DNA of 64,000 bases from Lama guanicoe (Eukaryota), in assembly GCA_013239625.1 (NCBI GenBank), contig MU054212.1, forward strand, positions 1,674,001 through 1,738,000, written 5' to 3'. This document shows positions 12,926 through 26,494 of the stretch, in pieces (position 1 is the stretch's first letter; every line of letters begins with the position of its first letter). The notes beneath the pieces are model-generated. The model searched no databases. It was not told where the DNA came from and saw only the letters and a list, made by a program, of their open reading frames with translations. Made by a program: the position numbers and the translations under genes.

Positions 12926-15574
12926 TTAATCTTTAGTGATTGCTATAGTTTGTCTTCAAAGGAGTGCAGAAGGGGAAAATGGTGCTTATTCTAATAGTTT
13001 TTCCCCCTCAGACTCTTGCCCTTGAAGAGTGTTTTCTGGGTGAGCTGTGTGGGGAGTTTTAACTTTATTGAGAGGCACATTGTGTTAAGTATTTCATAAA
13101 CACTGTCTCGCATATATCTCACAACTACCCCATGGGGCCAGTATTTCAGGTCAATGTTCAAGATCTAGAAGGTTGTGCATCTATCATCTCTCTTGTGACA
13201 CATTTTGTTCAAGTTCTGGTATAATAGAATTAAAAGTATGAATATTTTGTTGTATTCCACAATTTTCCCACCTTACATTCGGTCACTCTATCAATTGAGT
13301 GAACACGTGGAAAATTGATTACTTCCCAAGTTATGCTATTAAATACCCCATTATGGCATTAGGGCCTGGAATTTTGCTATTACACCTTTTTACTTAGCAA
13401 GCACACACACATGCATACATTCTATAGATTCACACACACAGAGTGTACACCCTTTGAATTTATTCATATTAAGTGACCGGAAAGTTTTAAGAGTGCATGA
13501 ATGAGTGTACTGTTTTCTCTACCCATCCTATCTTGCTTTTAACACAGTTAAATTTGGCTTGCTACTTTCTTCACATCATGCTCAACAAATTCTTGTTGAA
13601 TAAAAGGAAATGATATTGAATTCTCCAGTATCTATGCAATAGCCCAACAATAAATCTCTCTAGGTTTCTCTTCCTTCCCCAGTGCTCTCTTCACAAATAA
13701 GAGATGACCTACATCTCCACATTCTTTCCCCTTCCAGCTCATTGATGGACATTTTTCCATAGAAGGCCGGTCGGTCTCCTTGCCAATGCTTGTTGTCTTT
13801 ACAACTTAGGAAAGGGTCGGGCCTCCTTTGTTTATGAGCTGCCTGAGCCTACTGGGGAGGTCATGACTTTAAAAATATTTTTCCCATTCTGAATGGTGAG
13901 GGGAATCAATCCAGTTTCTCGCAAAGAGGCCTGGAGGAGTCACACTCACACTTCCTGAGGCTTTGAATCTGTTTACCTGACGCAGAGGGGCCCCTGCTTC
14001 TGCGTGATTGGGCTGGTGGCGGCCTTCTGATGGGGCCGCTGTTGTGTTGGGATGAGTGTTGCACCACCCTGATGGGGGATACAGATACATTTGCCACTGC
14101 TGAGCCATTTGTAATTAACGTGTGCTTTGTGGTTTTAATGTTTCTTTAATCTGTAAAGCTATAAAAATTTACAGCGCAATTTGAGAATCAAGAAAAAAGC
14201 TAAATTGCATGGCTCAGTCCTTAAACTTAACCTATTTCACCAGATCAAAACTGTAAGGAGAGTGTGTGCAGAGGTCTTCCTGAGCTGCCCCTACTGTCTT
14301 TTCTCAGTGGTCTTGTTTTCTCCCTTGCCCAGAAGTCATTGGAAACAGGAGAGCCATCTCTTTGTCACCAAGGCGCTCACAGTGCCCAAAAGAAAACAAA
14401 CAATACAGTACATGGTATATAAAACGAAGGGAGGAAAAGAACATCTTAGGTAAATACCAGACTACTTATTTTATGATTTTTAAATGTCATTTTTGCTCCA
14501 ATATTGACTTTTTTATGGAGGATGAATTATAGATCTTCCAGCACTGGGGGACCAAAATTCCCTTTCTTCAACACAGCTGGTCAGGTTAAGAACTGAAGTC
14601 ACGGTAATTAGTTCCGAGTTTCTTAGCACCAAAGACCAGACCACTGAGAAAACTCTGCAACTCTGCGAGGTGACCCCTCGGGGAAGACAATACACCCGGG
14701 AAAGAACCAGAATGGGCAACACAGAAGCACAGAACAACTTCCCAATCTTGTTGCTACAAACAGATGTTGCCGCCGGCACTCTCTTGCAAGAACGAAATAC
14801 AATCCAATCCTTCATTTGTCTGAGCAGGCTTTTCTCTCCAAGAACTGTTTTCGAGGCAGATTACTTCTGGGTTGCACAGGCTGGTAAAAGGCAGTGGAAT
14901 TGGAAGCTATAGTCGTCAGCGACCTCAGGGCTATGAACTGATGCTGTGAGAAGGGAAAGGGGTTCACCTGAGGTCACAGGGAGACCCAGAGCCAGAAACC
15001 AGTTCACAGAAAAGGAGGGGGTGGCCAGACTTTCAAGAAGAGTTTTCGAGAAACTAGCTAGAGGAAGTGGGTGTGAACTGAGGTTCCTGGTGGGGGGTCG
15101 TGGGAGGCTAAAGGAAAAAGAAAGAGAAATCTGAATTAGTACCACCCCTGCCCTCACCCTCAATTTGATCTTGCTTAGTGTCTACACAGACAGATGAGGG
15201 GTTAAAGAAATGGAGATTGAATTGGGAAAATTTAATTTACATAGATTAAAAGTTAATCCAGACCAGCTGGGGCTAGGATCCAGCGCGGGTAAAGGGGAAA
15301 TCCCTTTGTTTTGTTTGGGAAAAGTTGTGTTCTTTTTAAAACCAAGTTGTGTAAATTAGCTTGTCCTGTTTTCCAACTTGCCCATATAGGCAAGTGAGCC
15401 TACTGTAGTTTCACGTAGCATTTTGCCAAAAACCATAATTATTCTATTAAAAGTTAAAGGCAAATACTACCACAAATTTATAATTACTTAAATCTTGAGT
15501 TTGTTGCTTTCCATCTTCCTTAATCCAACTGCTTCTATAACAATAAGTCATTTTGTGGGCAAGCAATAGTATAG

Positions 15575-16045
15575 AGAATAACTAACATTTATTGAAAACC
15601 TACACTCTGCCTCGAACTGCATCTATAACAGTGATACCAGCCGACACTTCTGTAGTGCACCTAGGCGTCAGGGATATTTTAAAAGTTTTACGTGTGTTAC
15701 ATCATTGGGTCCCACAACAAGCCTATAATATGGGTGTGATTATTACTTTTTCCTTATAAATGAAATACATTGGGCCCAGTGAAGTTCAATGATTTGTCCC
15801 AAAGTTATGCAGCTGCTGAGCGACAGAAGCATTATTTGAGCCAGACTGTCTGGTTTCAGAGTCTGGACTTTGAATGGTAACACTAATTTCATTTCACGCT
15901 AATGAAACTCTTTGAAGTAGGTAGCTTCTATTGTCATCATTTCCATTTTACATATAAGAAGATTGGAATTTAGAGATGAAATAATTCAATCAAGATTGCC
16001 TAGTAAGGGGGTGAGCCAGGATTCAAATCCAAGCCTGTTTCAATC
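15575..16045 (-). mobile_element. Two MIR SINEs, one apparently nested in the other
   Basis: Outer tail ataactaacatttattgaaaacctac, then a near-complete MIR (~15626-15885) ending gtctggtttcagagtctggactttgaa, then the outer body resumes (ccattttacatataagaaga...gagccaggattcaaatccaag). Confidence 0.7.
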
Positions 16046-16087
16046 CCACCGTATCCAGAGGTAGAGCTGTGGTTGGTAGCTGTAGAC

Positions 16088-16213
16088 CTGTGCTTTTCAG
16101 ACATGAAGGTACACATGAATCATATAGGCCCTGATTCCACAGGCCGAGTGGGGCTCAAGGTCCTGCATTTCCAACAAGCTCCCAGGCAGTGTTGCTGGAC
16201 CTCGGACCACACT
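16088..16213. mobile_element. MER5A hAT MITE (internally deleted)
   Basis: ctgattccacaggccgagtggggctcaaggtcctgcatttccaacaagctcccaggcagtgttgctggacctcggaccacact. Confidence 0.75.
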
Positions 16214-19200
16214 GCATGCAAGCCTTTAAAGGTTGGGGGTCAGGAAACAGAGGGTGTTCCTCTGCTGCTCCTCTGCTCCTCAACATGCATGTGGAGAGGG
16301 TGTCTCTGAGGGTAATGGTCTGGAGGTGACAAATAAAGCCCTGAATTCTGCAGTTTTAAATAAACTCACTGTTCTCCTTCTTAAAGCAACATGCAAGGAA
16401 TTTCTTTCACATGTATAACCAATTATACTCTTTTTAATTTACACTAATTCGTATGGTTATCAAATTCATCCTAAATGCCATCACTTTATCCATAAAATAT
16501 CTCTTTAAATTTCTTTCACGTATATTCCCTCTTGATCTGCATTTCTGTCCTTTTGTTCTTATCTACCTAATAAACTAAAACTGATAGTCAACCAAAGTTT
16601 TTTGACATATCAAGTTTAGTACTTAATGCTTCTTAATTGCCAACTTTTAGAACCAAACATGGAATCCCATTTTGTCCATTTCTCTTCCATCAGAAGAAAA
16701 TTTAATTCATTATCTTGAATTTCCTGCATTCTTCTTACCCGCCAATATAGCTCTGTCTTTCTTTTCCCTTTAAACACCATCACTAGATTCTGAACCTCAA
16801 ATCTATATGTCAACTGTGGTTTACCTAGAAGGCTATCGTACAATATCCTGGAATTTATGATTTATACCAAGGCCCCTCGTCAGCTGCACTTCCACTGCCT
16901 GCTGAGCTGAAAATTGAAATGCTGGCTCGGTCTGTAGAGTCAGGCTGTCTTCTTCTGTTGTGTTAACTAATTCATTACTAACCTTGGCTTGAGTGTTTTG
17001 CTTACCCAAGAGCACCTCATACTGAAGAATTTAAATTTTACATACAATCTCTTTATTCCTTTCTCTCATTGATCAAACTTATTCAGGGCAACAATGATCT
17101 CCCTCCGGATACTAATTTTCTCCCCCATTTCATGGCATCCTCAAACAAAGCTCACAGGCACACTGCAATCCTTCATTAACTGAAAACATGCAAAGTGCAC
17201 AAGTCTTTCCAATGGAAAATTCGATGCAAAAGCCAAATGAGGTAAATCGCATTACTTGACCCGCCCTGGGACACTTTTAACAGTGTTACATATTAGTACA
17301 CTGCCAAGTCTCAAGATGGTGGGAAGATTCTCATCAGAGCCCAATGCCATTTTTGAAGGAGGGAGATGTTTGCCCCCTCCCTCTGGCCCCTTCTGCCACA
17401 CACAGATGCAGTCCCGCCGACACTCACTGATGGACCTCTGGCATGAAATACTCAAAATCATTGTTTACGTGGGGAACAAAAGGACACGTCAGCTGGGGGA
17501 AAAACAAGTCAACCAGAGTCACTGTGTCTAGGCACTCCCTCAGTGTAGTACCTAATTAGTACATTCATGATCTTTGTTTATAGCCACACATATCATTTTA
17601 TAATCACACCTAGTATATGTGTAATTGTTTGTACTTGAAATTATTACTCTTGCTATTTTGCATGCCTTACTATATATTCTTTCTAGAAATACAGTCTCAC
17701 CACAATTTAGTTTTATTCCTCCAGACTTAAGATGTTTGAATTGTAGTTATTTTAGGGAATTTCTTTTGGTTGTACCTATAGAGATGGAGCAACAACAGTA
17801 CTTGAAGACAATCTCAGACAAAAGCTGCAGGGTTGTCATCCATCCGAGACACTGAAAAAGGTGTTCCTGGAATAATGTTGGTAATTCCTGTCCACTGACT
17901 CCTGTCTCCCACAGCTGTAATGTCGTCAGTTCCTGACTCAGCTTTTCCTGGACTTCGGATTTCAGACTGCCCTTGGAAAAGTTCTTCCCATAAATTGGGA
18001 ACTCCCAAAGCTAATTGCTTGACTCATTGTTCAAGTGACTGACTTTTCTGGATTGCATAGCAAATATGATCACGTAGACCTTACCATTAAATGTTCATAC
18101 CCCCGGAAATTGGCTCTGGCCAAGCGCAGTGGTCATACTAGGTGCAACAACTTGATTATTTTAATAATGGAAAATGTTCCCCCCAAATTTTAAGATTGGA
18201 TTGACTTCCAAAATATTAATTAATCTTCATTTAGGAAATGTTTATTACACGGTCTCGCCATGTTGAGACTAGGCTAGTTTAGGTACATGTTGCTTGCAAG
18301 AATACACTCTTGCCTGGCAAGTGACTGCCAGCCTTGCCCTTCAACCCTTAGGAATGATTCACACCAGTGTCCCACACCTCTCCATATTCAAATCTCTGGA
18401 AGGAGTCCCAGTGTCATTGGGATCTGCAGACACATTAAATGCCTTCATGGGATCAGGGAAAAGTGACCAAGGTTAATGTGCTCTGGTCCCTGATCCCTTT
18501 TCACGTGCCTCTTCTCTATCGTGAGAAGCATCATGTCTGCAGGAACGTGTTGTGACCAGAATACACAATACAGGTCCCACAGCATGTGACTGACAACATT
18601 ATTCAGTGAGCAGTCCAAAAGAATGCTGCCCACGATCTTTTGAGCCCTGGAAATTCATGAGATCCTGGAGGCAATTATCACCATTAGTATGTTCCTCCCT
18701 CCTGTAGATGGTAATAAAAATGGTCTTCATGAAACATCATAGCTGTGGCTTCTGTGAATCGAGAAAGTCCCTCTGCAGAGGGCTCAAAGGAGTTTGAGCT
18801 CTGCCTCAAAGAGCCCGGTGCCCCCCTGTTACCAGCACCTGTTAATTCCTCCATGTCTTGAGTTCAGCAGTGACGGGAGAGTGCTGTATCTTTGTCATCA
18901 GATCTGGCTCACTTTTTTTTCTTATAGAGGGGCTTCCATAAGTTGGAGCAGCTTGCTGGATGGTGTTTTCTTCACCAAGATGGGTGATGATGGTTAACCC
19001 CACACATGGGCATCTGGGCAGCACTCCCCACTGGGGAGACATATATGCGAACACATTAATGTATATAGTTAATTGGGTTATAATCTATTGACCATAGATA
19101 CTGAGGCACTGAGCAAGCAATTAACAGAACAGCTTTGACTAAATATAGTTAGCACTAAATATAGTTGGTTAATTGGTATTTAATATGCTTATTAAATGTC

Positions 19201-19469
19201 AATTAAGTATCTTTAGCAATGAATTGGTACCTAATTAACTTACTATAGCTATCCTGTTACTTGACATTTGAACAGCTAAATATTCTCTACAAGTTTAATG
19301 TTTTAATAAGAAACAAATTATCCATGCATTGCTCATGAATTTTTCAGTTAGTTTAATGGGATTTAAATGTATCTCCCAACTTGGATACATATTTTTCTTA
19401 TAATCAACTGGTATTTTACATTTCAGACCACTTTAAAACTTGAAGGGCTGATTCCACAGGAAGTAAAAT

Positions 19470-19655
19470 CTGTACCAGTCAGAAATTGTGTTCTAATCCT
19501 GGTTCTACCACTGACACCCTGTGTTATCCTAGACATGTTATTTCACTACTCCTGAGCTTCCATTTTCTCATCTGCTATATGGTGTTATGAACAAAAGTTG
19601 CAATTACTATAAAAATAAAGTTATATTAAACATATGAAAGCACTTAAATAAGCAA
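19470..19655 (+). mobile_element. MIR SINE
   Basis: gttctaatcctggttctaccactgacaccctgtgttatcctagacatgttatttcac...ttttctcatctg. Confidence 0.75.
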
Positions 19656-21044
19656 GACATCTTAAAAATAATGATTAAGATTCTTAGGAAGGTTGTGTGT
19701 AATCATTATATTGACTGAATCTTCATGTGTATGTGCAAATCCTTATGATAATTTGTTGTTGGAATAGAAATCCAGTGGCTTCATTTTCTGAATTGTCCCT
19801 AAAGTATAACATACACTTGTTTTATCACACCTGCAGCTGCATAGCTACCTGGGTTGCTCTTCAAAACATGCCTGCCTTCCTCTTCTGGCCCTTTGCCTCT
19901 TTATCTGGTCCTGCCCAGGATCCCATTCTCTTTTTGAATTGGAGTATGTAGCAAACTATTGGTCTTTATTCCAGAAATTGTTGGTTTGTGACTATGGCTC
20001 TATCTCACTATATGTTGTGTTTTTAAATTTTGTATCTACTTAACCTGGTTTATGGTCTCCACTGAGCTCTGTGTTAATTCCACTATTTACTTGCATTTGA
20101 AAGCTAGTTGATGATTTATAATCTTAGTAGCTTTCTTATGTCTGTTGGTAGCACACAGCAATGTAAGCACTGTGTCTCCATTCATGCTCAATTGTTTTAC
20201 ATCTTCTGCACTTCATAAACAAGGTTTCTTGGATTAAACACTTGCAATAATTTTAATGCCAATTACTCTATCTTGGTTCACTACACTGGAACCTTCACAC
20301 CCATCAAACATTTGCTTTATTTAATATATAAATACGGCAAATTAAGTAGGGAAGAGGGCTGGGTGTGTCTACCTTAGAATTTGTTGTTGCTCCTTTTATA
20401 AATAATTTCATGGCTTGCAATTATTCTATTTTTGAAAGTTTTTATGGTTTCAGACTATGCCCATTATTGCGCACTAATTTATAGAGGTTTCAGTCAGCCT
20501 TGTCGTAGTGCCTTAACCCAGTTTCGTTTCCAGGGGCAATATACATTGTTGAAGTTAATTGTTCCCTAACCGTTTTTTCCATATGGCAGAGTGAGTCTCT
20601 CTGTAAAAGCTTTGGAATGATTTATCCAACATTTTGTCATCATCCCTTGGATATTGCTTGGGAAGTCTCACGGATCTTCGTTGGGCCATAGCATACTGCC
20701 AAGTGAGTGTACTGAAGCTGCTACCTCAGACCCACCAACTGCCTTTGTTTTATCGCCTGCACTGAGATTAGTTTATAACATTTTCTCCACAAGTGAACTA
20801 AATGTTATTATCTTTATTACCGCTGTTGATGCTATTGTTATACAGGTGCAAAAATATTCTTATCTCTGCTATTTCTGAATCTTCCCCTGTGGACCTACAG
20901 TTAGTGATTAGCACTACATTAGTCATTCATTGACGTATATGGAGTTCCCAATTCATGCTAGAAATGATTGCAGACTTTCAGTTACAATTCTAACTTCAGA
21001 CTGAAGTTAGCAGAGGACTGTGCGTTACCTCAGAAGACCGAGAC

Positions 21045-21270
21045 GGTGCAGTACAGTGTGTAAAGCCAGATTCAGGTCAGAGAGACACAGGCTCTTAACT
21101 CAATCCCACTAATGGTGCAGAGTGACTTTTTGCTTCGACTTCTGTATCTGTAAATAGGAGAGAAATAATAATACTTACCTTGTAGGGCTGGTGAGGATTA
21201 TAGGGAGAGTTTAAAGTACCTAGGATGACACATCGCAAATGATAAGATCTCAAAAAAAAGTAAGCGATTG
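21045..21270 (+). mobile_element. MIR SINE
   Basis: tatctgtaaataggagagaaataataatacttaccttgtagggctggtgaggatta. Confidence 0.7.
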
Positions 21271-22052
21271 TTGAAATAAAAAGCTTTTCTAAGATATCTC
21301 AATATTAAGTATGATTTAAGGAAGGGGAAGAAAAAAAAGACACTTTAAAAAGTATCCTATTGCTTTATTAACATCCAAGGGGAAAGATAGTAAATGACAG
21401 CAAGTCTGAGTGCTGAGTACGTGTGCTGTCCATGAAAACGTCAACTACAGAGCACCTGGCCTTTTTATTGATGCTTCCTTAGTCAACAAAAGAAAAGCAA
21501 AGAGAAAATAAGCGAATTTATTTCCCTATCCTTGTATAATGAACCATCTCGGCTGCATTGTTTGAAATGCAGTGAAGAAGATTTGATATTTGTAGAACAC
21601 ATCGTGTTTTGAAATCGTTGATGTATGTATTCTAACTTGAGTATATCAGGCCACTAGAACAAAACATCCCAATTTCCATGTCAAGATGATAACTGGATTA
21701 TCTAGGTGTCAAAAGTACAAAGTGTGCATTAAGCCTCTTTCTGCCTTGGTATAATGAGATCCTGTATGGGAGATGTATACACACTAGTCCGGCATAAGTC
21801 AAACAAATAAACGTGATGTGAACTAGGGCAATGAAGCAGGACAAGCACTTATGAATCAGACACATGCATTCAAAGAGAGCTGAGCTCACCAAAGCTGGCT
21901 GCTGAGACAGAGTTTTGGCATGTGTACTTACACTGGCATGTGTCAGTTCCTTCACTGGGGTTTTACATTACAAAGAGAACTACTTTATAGAACAGGCCAT
22001 CAAGTGGAATCCACATCACTTTATCACTTTTCCCTCTGAGTTTATAGCAGAA

Positions 22053-22102
22053 ACACACACACACACACACAAACACACAAACATACACACACACACACAC
22101 AC
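22053..22102. repeat. (CA)n microsatellite, interrupted
   Basis: Seen directly. Confidence 0.95.
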
Positions 22103-22124
22103 CATCCTGGGAGTAATGGTAAAG

Positions 22125-22350
22125 AAATTCAGTGACTAAATATCAAGCATCTGCTGTGGCCAGGCAGGCCCTGTGCTAGGCTCTGGGGAGCCAAAGATGA
22201 AGACAAGGAGTTTGTGATCTAGCAATGGAGACAGAGGCTTATGTATATCCCTTCCCACAATGTGATTTGTGCAATATGAAACAAAGGGCTTTGGGAGCAC
22301 AGAGGAGGCAGCAGGTAATTCTGCTAGGCAGTTAGGGTAAAGACATGCAG
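22125..22350 (-). mobile_element. L2 3' end
   Basis: caagcatctgctgtggccaggcaggccctgtgctaggctctggggagccaaagatgaagac. Confidence 0.7.
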
Positions 22351-22829
22351 AGAAAGAGGGGAACATGTTGGTAAAGAAAGTAAATTACCCAGTTTCTAAA
22401 ACATATGGTTATTTATATTTCATAGTCCATGGAATTTCAATACCAATACCTGTGGAATTTAAATCCTTGGTTTATTCTGCTAAATGTGCAGAGACTTGTT
22501 GCCACCAAAAAAAGACCATTTTGGTGAAATTCTCTACTTCTTTCTTCTAATTTATTGGCTGTTTCATCAAAGTGAGTGGTTATTTTAATGTTAAGGAATT
22601 TGCAACTAAGAAATTTATGTGGTATCTCATGCTTATTATAATATTAACTAATTTTCACAACTGCTCTGAAAATTTAATTAGCATTGACACGTATTATGAG
22701 AAGCTCAGGTCTTAAATCTTCTCACTCTCAAAAAATCACAATTATTAATATTATTATTTAAAGAGTGAGTTCACATAGGTTATCCAATTCAATCCCCCCG
22801 ACACCCCACGGTCTTTCAAGTACATGAAC

Positions 22830-23450
22830 TATGGCAATAGCATACCTACTTGGCATCTGTTTCCAAATGTTTCCCATCACATCCATTTACCACCCTGCCT
22901 TCAAATTATGCTTTCCAAAAGATAGATCTCTTCATCTCACTCTCTTGCCTAAAAACCTTCTCTGATCCCTAGTGTCTAATAGAATAAAGCCAAGACAGTT
23001 TGTTTAGGTATTCAGGACCAACGTAGCTTTCCTGCCTCATGTTCTGCCAATTTTGGTGATGCTCTCCAGTCACACCTAACTACCTACTGTTCTTTCAGCC
23101 TGTTTTGCCCTTGCACATGCTTCTTTATCCCAAAGCCCTCATGTCTGATTTTATTGCCATCTGAACTTGAACTTTAAGACCCTGTCCAAGAATTACCTTT
23201 GTGAAGTTTTTCCTAACTTCACTCTTAAAAGTTAATCTGATGTAACCGTAACACACGCACATGATTCTGGAAGCATGTACAAATTTCTATTGGAGCAGGT
23301 ATCCCATTGTGTTGAAATCATTCATTTATGAGCATCTCTCTCCTCTTAATTAGAATCACCATAAACATGACCAGAACAGGACAGTGGCATTTATTTTTAC
23401 ATACCAAGTGCATATCAGAGGACTTCCTTGGTAAATACATAGTGTATAAT
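22830..23450 (+). mobile_element. L2 fragment
   Basis: atagatctcttcatctcactctcttgcctaaaaaccttctctgatccct...agaataaagcca. Confidence 0.65.
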
Positions 23451-23454
23451 AAAG

Positions 23455-23575
23455 TATCATTATCCTCATTTCACCAGAAAGGGATCTGGTACGCAGAGAG
23501 ATTTGCAAACTTGCCTGAGGTTATCTGAGTCATAAGCTCAAGAACTAATGCCAGACCCTTGGCCATACTCACCAT
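23455..23575 (-). mobile_element. MIR fragment
   Basis: atcattatcctcatttcaccaga...cagagagatttgcaaacttgcctgaggtta. Confidence 0.65.
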
Positions 23576-23660
23576 AATGTCTGCAGATTTCAGCTTTCCT
23601 AAGAGTCATCACTGATAGATTGATTCATTTTTTTTTCACTCAACAGACTATTATAAGCAC

Positions 23661-24029
23661 TTTATTAGTTTTCCTGGGATGCCATAATAAAGTACTGCAC
23701 ACTGGGTGGCTTAAACAACAGAAATTTGTTTTCTCATAATTCTGGAGGCTGGAAGTCCAAGATCAAGGTATCAAAAGGGTGGTTTCTTCTGAGGCTTCTC
23801 TCCTTTGCTTGCAGATGGCCATCTTTTCCCAGTGTCTTCACAGGATCTTCCCCGTGTGTGTGTCTGTGTCCTCTTCTTATGAGGACACAGGTCAGGTTGA
23901 CCCTGATGACCTCATTTTAAATTAATTATCTCTTTAGGGGGCTTATTTCCAAAAATAGTCACATTCTGAGGCACTGGGGGTAGAGTTTCAGTATATAAAT
24001 TTTGGGGGGATACAATTCAGCCCATAAGA
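23661..24029 (-). mobile_element. MaLR solo LTR, MLT1B-like, inserted into an L2 tail
   Basis: actgggtggcttaaacaacagaaatt...ctggaggctggaagtccaagatcaagg...gtcacattctgaggcactggggg...ggatacaattcagcccataaga. Full LTR length. Confidence 0.9.
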
Positions 24030-26109
24030 GGTACCTTGGTAAGTGCTAAGCTGGGCAAACTTTGAGGCAGCCCGACTGATGTTCACAGGTTGCTAATCCA
24101 TCTCACATTAGCCTTTCCACTGACTCTCTGATGCTTGTGGTAGGGGAGGGGACGCAAGGGAAGCTACTGACACTGTCTCCTTGGACAATTAATTAACCAG
24201 AGGAGATTATTTATTCATCTCATTTTCTCCTGGTCACTGTCAATGCCTCCAACCACCTTGGGGTCTTTTGTTCTAAAAGTCAGGACTCCTACATTAGAAT
24301 GTCTTGTCTAACATTTGGATGACTTAATAGAGCAATGCCACAAATGCTTTTACTACCTGTGTATTTATGAAATTCCCCAACATTTGTGCTCTGGCTGCAA
24401 ATGATAAGTATTGTAAAACCAGCAAAGGAAAACCTGCCCGTTTACAGAGCAAAGCAGGAGTTCAGCACGAATTTGAAATTCCTTCCCTTAAGTGCCTAAA
24501 TCCTTTTCTTAATGCTATGAATCATGGGATGAAGGATTTTAGGTAAAAGCTGGAAGTTTTTTCCTTTATACAGTCAAAAGCCGAGATTTCTCATGCTTTT
24601 CTGAAAGAAATATATCCTGTAAATGATGACAATATCGGTCACAGCCTTAATGCCCACATAAAAGAGCAATTGTGAGACAGACACCTTCCTACAGTCATCC
24701 CTTTGAGCCCCTTGCATGTCCCGACCACTTTTAAATCATCACGCTCTTTCTTCTCTATGGCAACAGTGCGCCCAGAAGGACCAAACATCTAAAAGCGTCT
24801 TCTCCCAGGGGCTCCTTCTAACTCAATAAGAAAGTTTAAAACTCCTGACAAAGTCTCCTTTTTCTCCCTTCATGTTCCCTTCAGCATCTTCCTTTTCTAT
24901 TTCTGCCTGTGATGTGAAGTATTACAGATTCAGAAATACGATGTTATGTGACTTCTGGAGAACTCAAAGACCAAAGAGGCAATGAGCAAACACACAACAC
25001 ACTACCTGGAACAGTGGAGCCCCGACTAGGTGTTAAGGGTTGACCTTGGCCGTTTGGCTTCAGGGTGAAAAGATCAGCCACAGGAAAACGTTGTCAGAGG
25101 AATGCAGGCATAAAGGAGTAAGATCTACAGTGTTCTAGAAACATCCAGCCATACTCCCTGCATACTAGCTCAACCCTTTCAAAGACTGTTCCCATGGCTT
25201 TCTTTTCCTTGGATTTTTACCATATGTTCATTACATTTCAACATACATTGAAGTGTGCTGTTTCTTAACAAATGTCTCTATAAACATTCTATTTCTAAGC
25301 AGACTTTGCCACTTTTAGTTGTTTTAAGAAGTCCTTGTTTATTCTTTCTTCTTCTTTGCTTTCTGTATTAGTGAGACTACACTTCTCTCTTTGTTGTGGG
25401 GGAGACCATGACCCAGGAATTGGGTAACTGGTTATTGGAACTTCTGGTGTCAGGTTAAGAGAACAGTAGGTAACAGGGTGGAGGAGATAAAAGTAGAATT
25501 TATAAGCCTGATGAGAGCTACTGGCAGGACACTGACCTTAACAGGGCAAGATGTTTACTTAGGGATTTTTAATATTTTGGAAAGTAATCAAGTACAATTG
25601 ATACGAACAAGAGTTCTATAAAGGAAACTACGGCCCCGTGTTGAGAATCATCCCAGTATTCTCTCTCCCTTTCTCCTCCTGGCTATGAATCTGTCTGCTT
25701 CTCTCTGCCTGGCTTGAAAAATGTCTAAAGTGGGAATTGGTGGGAATTGCTACCCATGCCAGAGGCCATGGGGAAGATCCAAGAGGAGGCTTACACCTTG
25801 TCTGGTGGCTGAGAGTTCAGAATCAGGGGCTTCATCAGGAGAGAAGGAGGTGTTTCAAAGACAGGGAGGCTTGGGGTTGGGGAGAAAAGGCAACAGGAAA
25901 AGAAGCCATCTCTGTGGAGCTCTCCTGCCTGCAGAACCCACATAGGGATTTCCAGAAAGTCTGGGCTCAGGGCTCCTTTATGGTGCAAGGGGATATGTTG
26001 GCTGAACAGGGGGAGTACCACCCCAAATGTTTACATCCCTCTCCCCAGGCTCCTCTCTTTTCTGTATGGTTTTGTATTACTGGAAACTTTGAATCATGAG
26101 CTTCTTGTG

Positions 26110-26305
26110 ACGTCTTTGCAGTTCTAGTCCAGCTGTTGCAAACCACATGTTTGATCTTGAACAAGTCGTTTTTACCTCTCAGCGCTCTGGTTTCCTCATC
26201 TGTAAAACTGGGATGACAGTACCTACTTTGCAGATTTGTGAGGATTCAGTAGAACAGCAAAATGGCAGATGGTCTGGTCTGCAGTGGGCACTTGCTGTGT
26301 GTTTG
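26110..26305 (+). mobile_element. MIR SINE
   Basis: tgatcttgaacaagtc...gtttcctcatctgtaaaactgggatgacagtacctac. Confidence 0.8.
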
Positions 26306-26494
26306 TTATTGAGAGCAGAGACGACTTTCCTCTCAATCCTGCCAAGCATGGAGAACCATCCCCTATATAGCAGGTGCTCAGCAAATGTTAAGTAAAGCAG
26401 GACAAGAAGATATGCCTTTGAGGACCAACAAACCCCACATATAGAGGTTCTCCGTTTCCTGATGCATCCCTCGTCATTGCCGGACCCCACATAC

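Noticed and set aside
16370..16850. Strand-skewed segment with a 75-aa minus ORF, considered as exon or old retroelement
   Set aside because: Multiple stops in the splice-bounded frames and no recognisable domain.
19950..20800. Possible CR1/L3 endonuclease remnant on the - strand (AVCYGP..., GTINFNNVYCPW)
   Set aside because: Resemblance to CR1 motifs (GVCYRPP, GDFN) is too weak and lies in different frames; it needs an HMM search.
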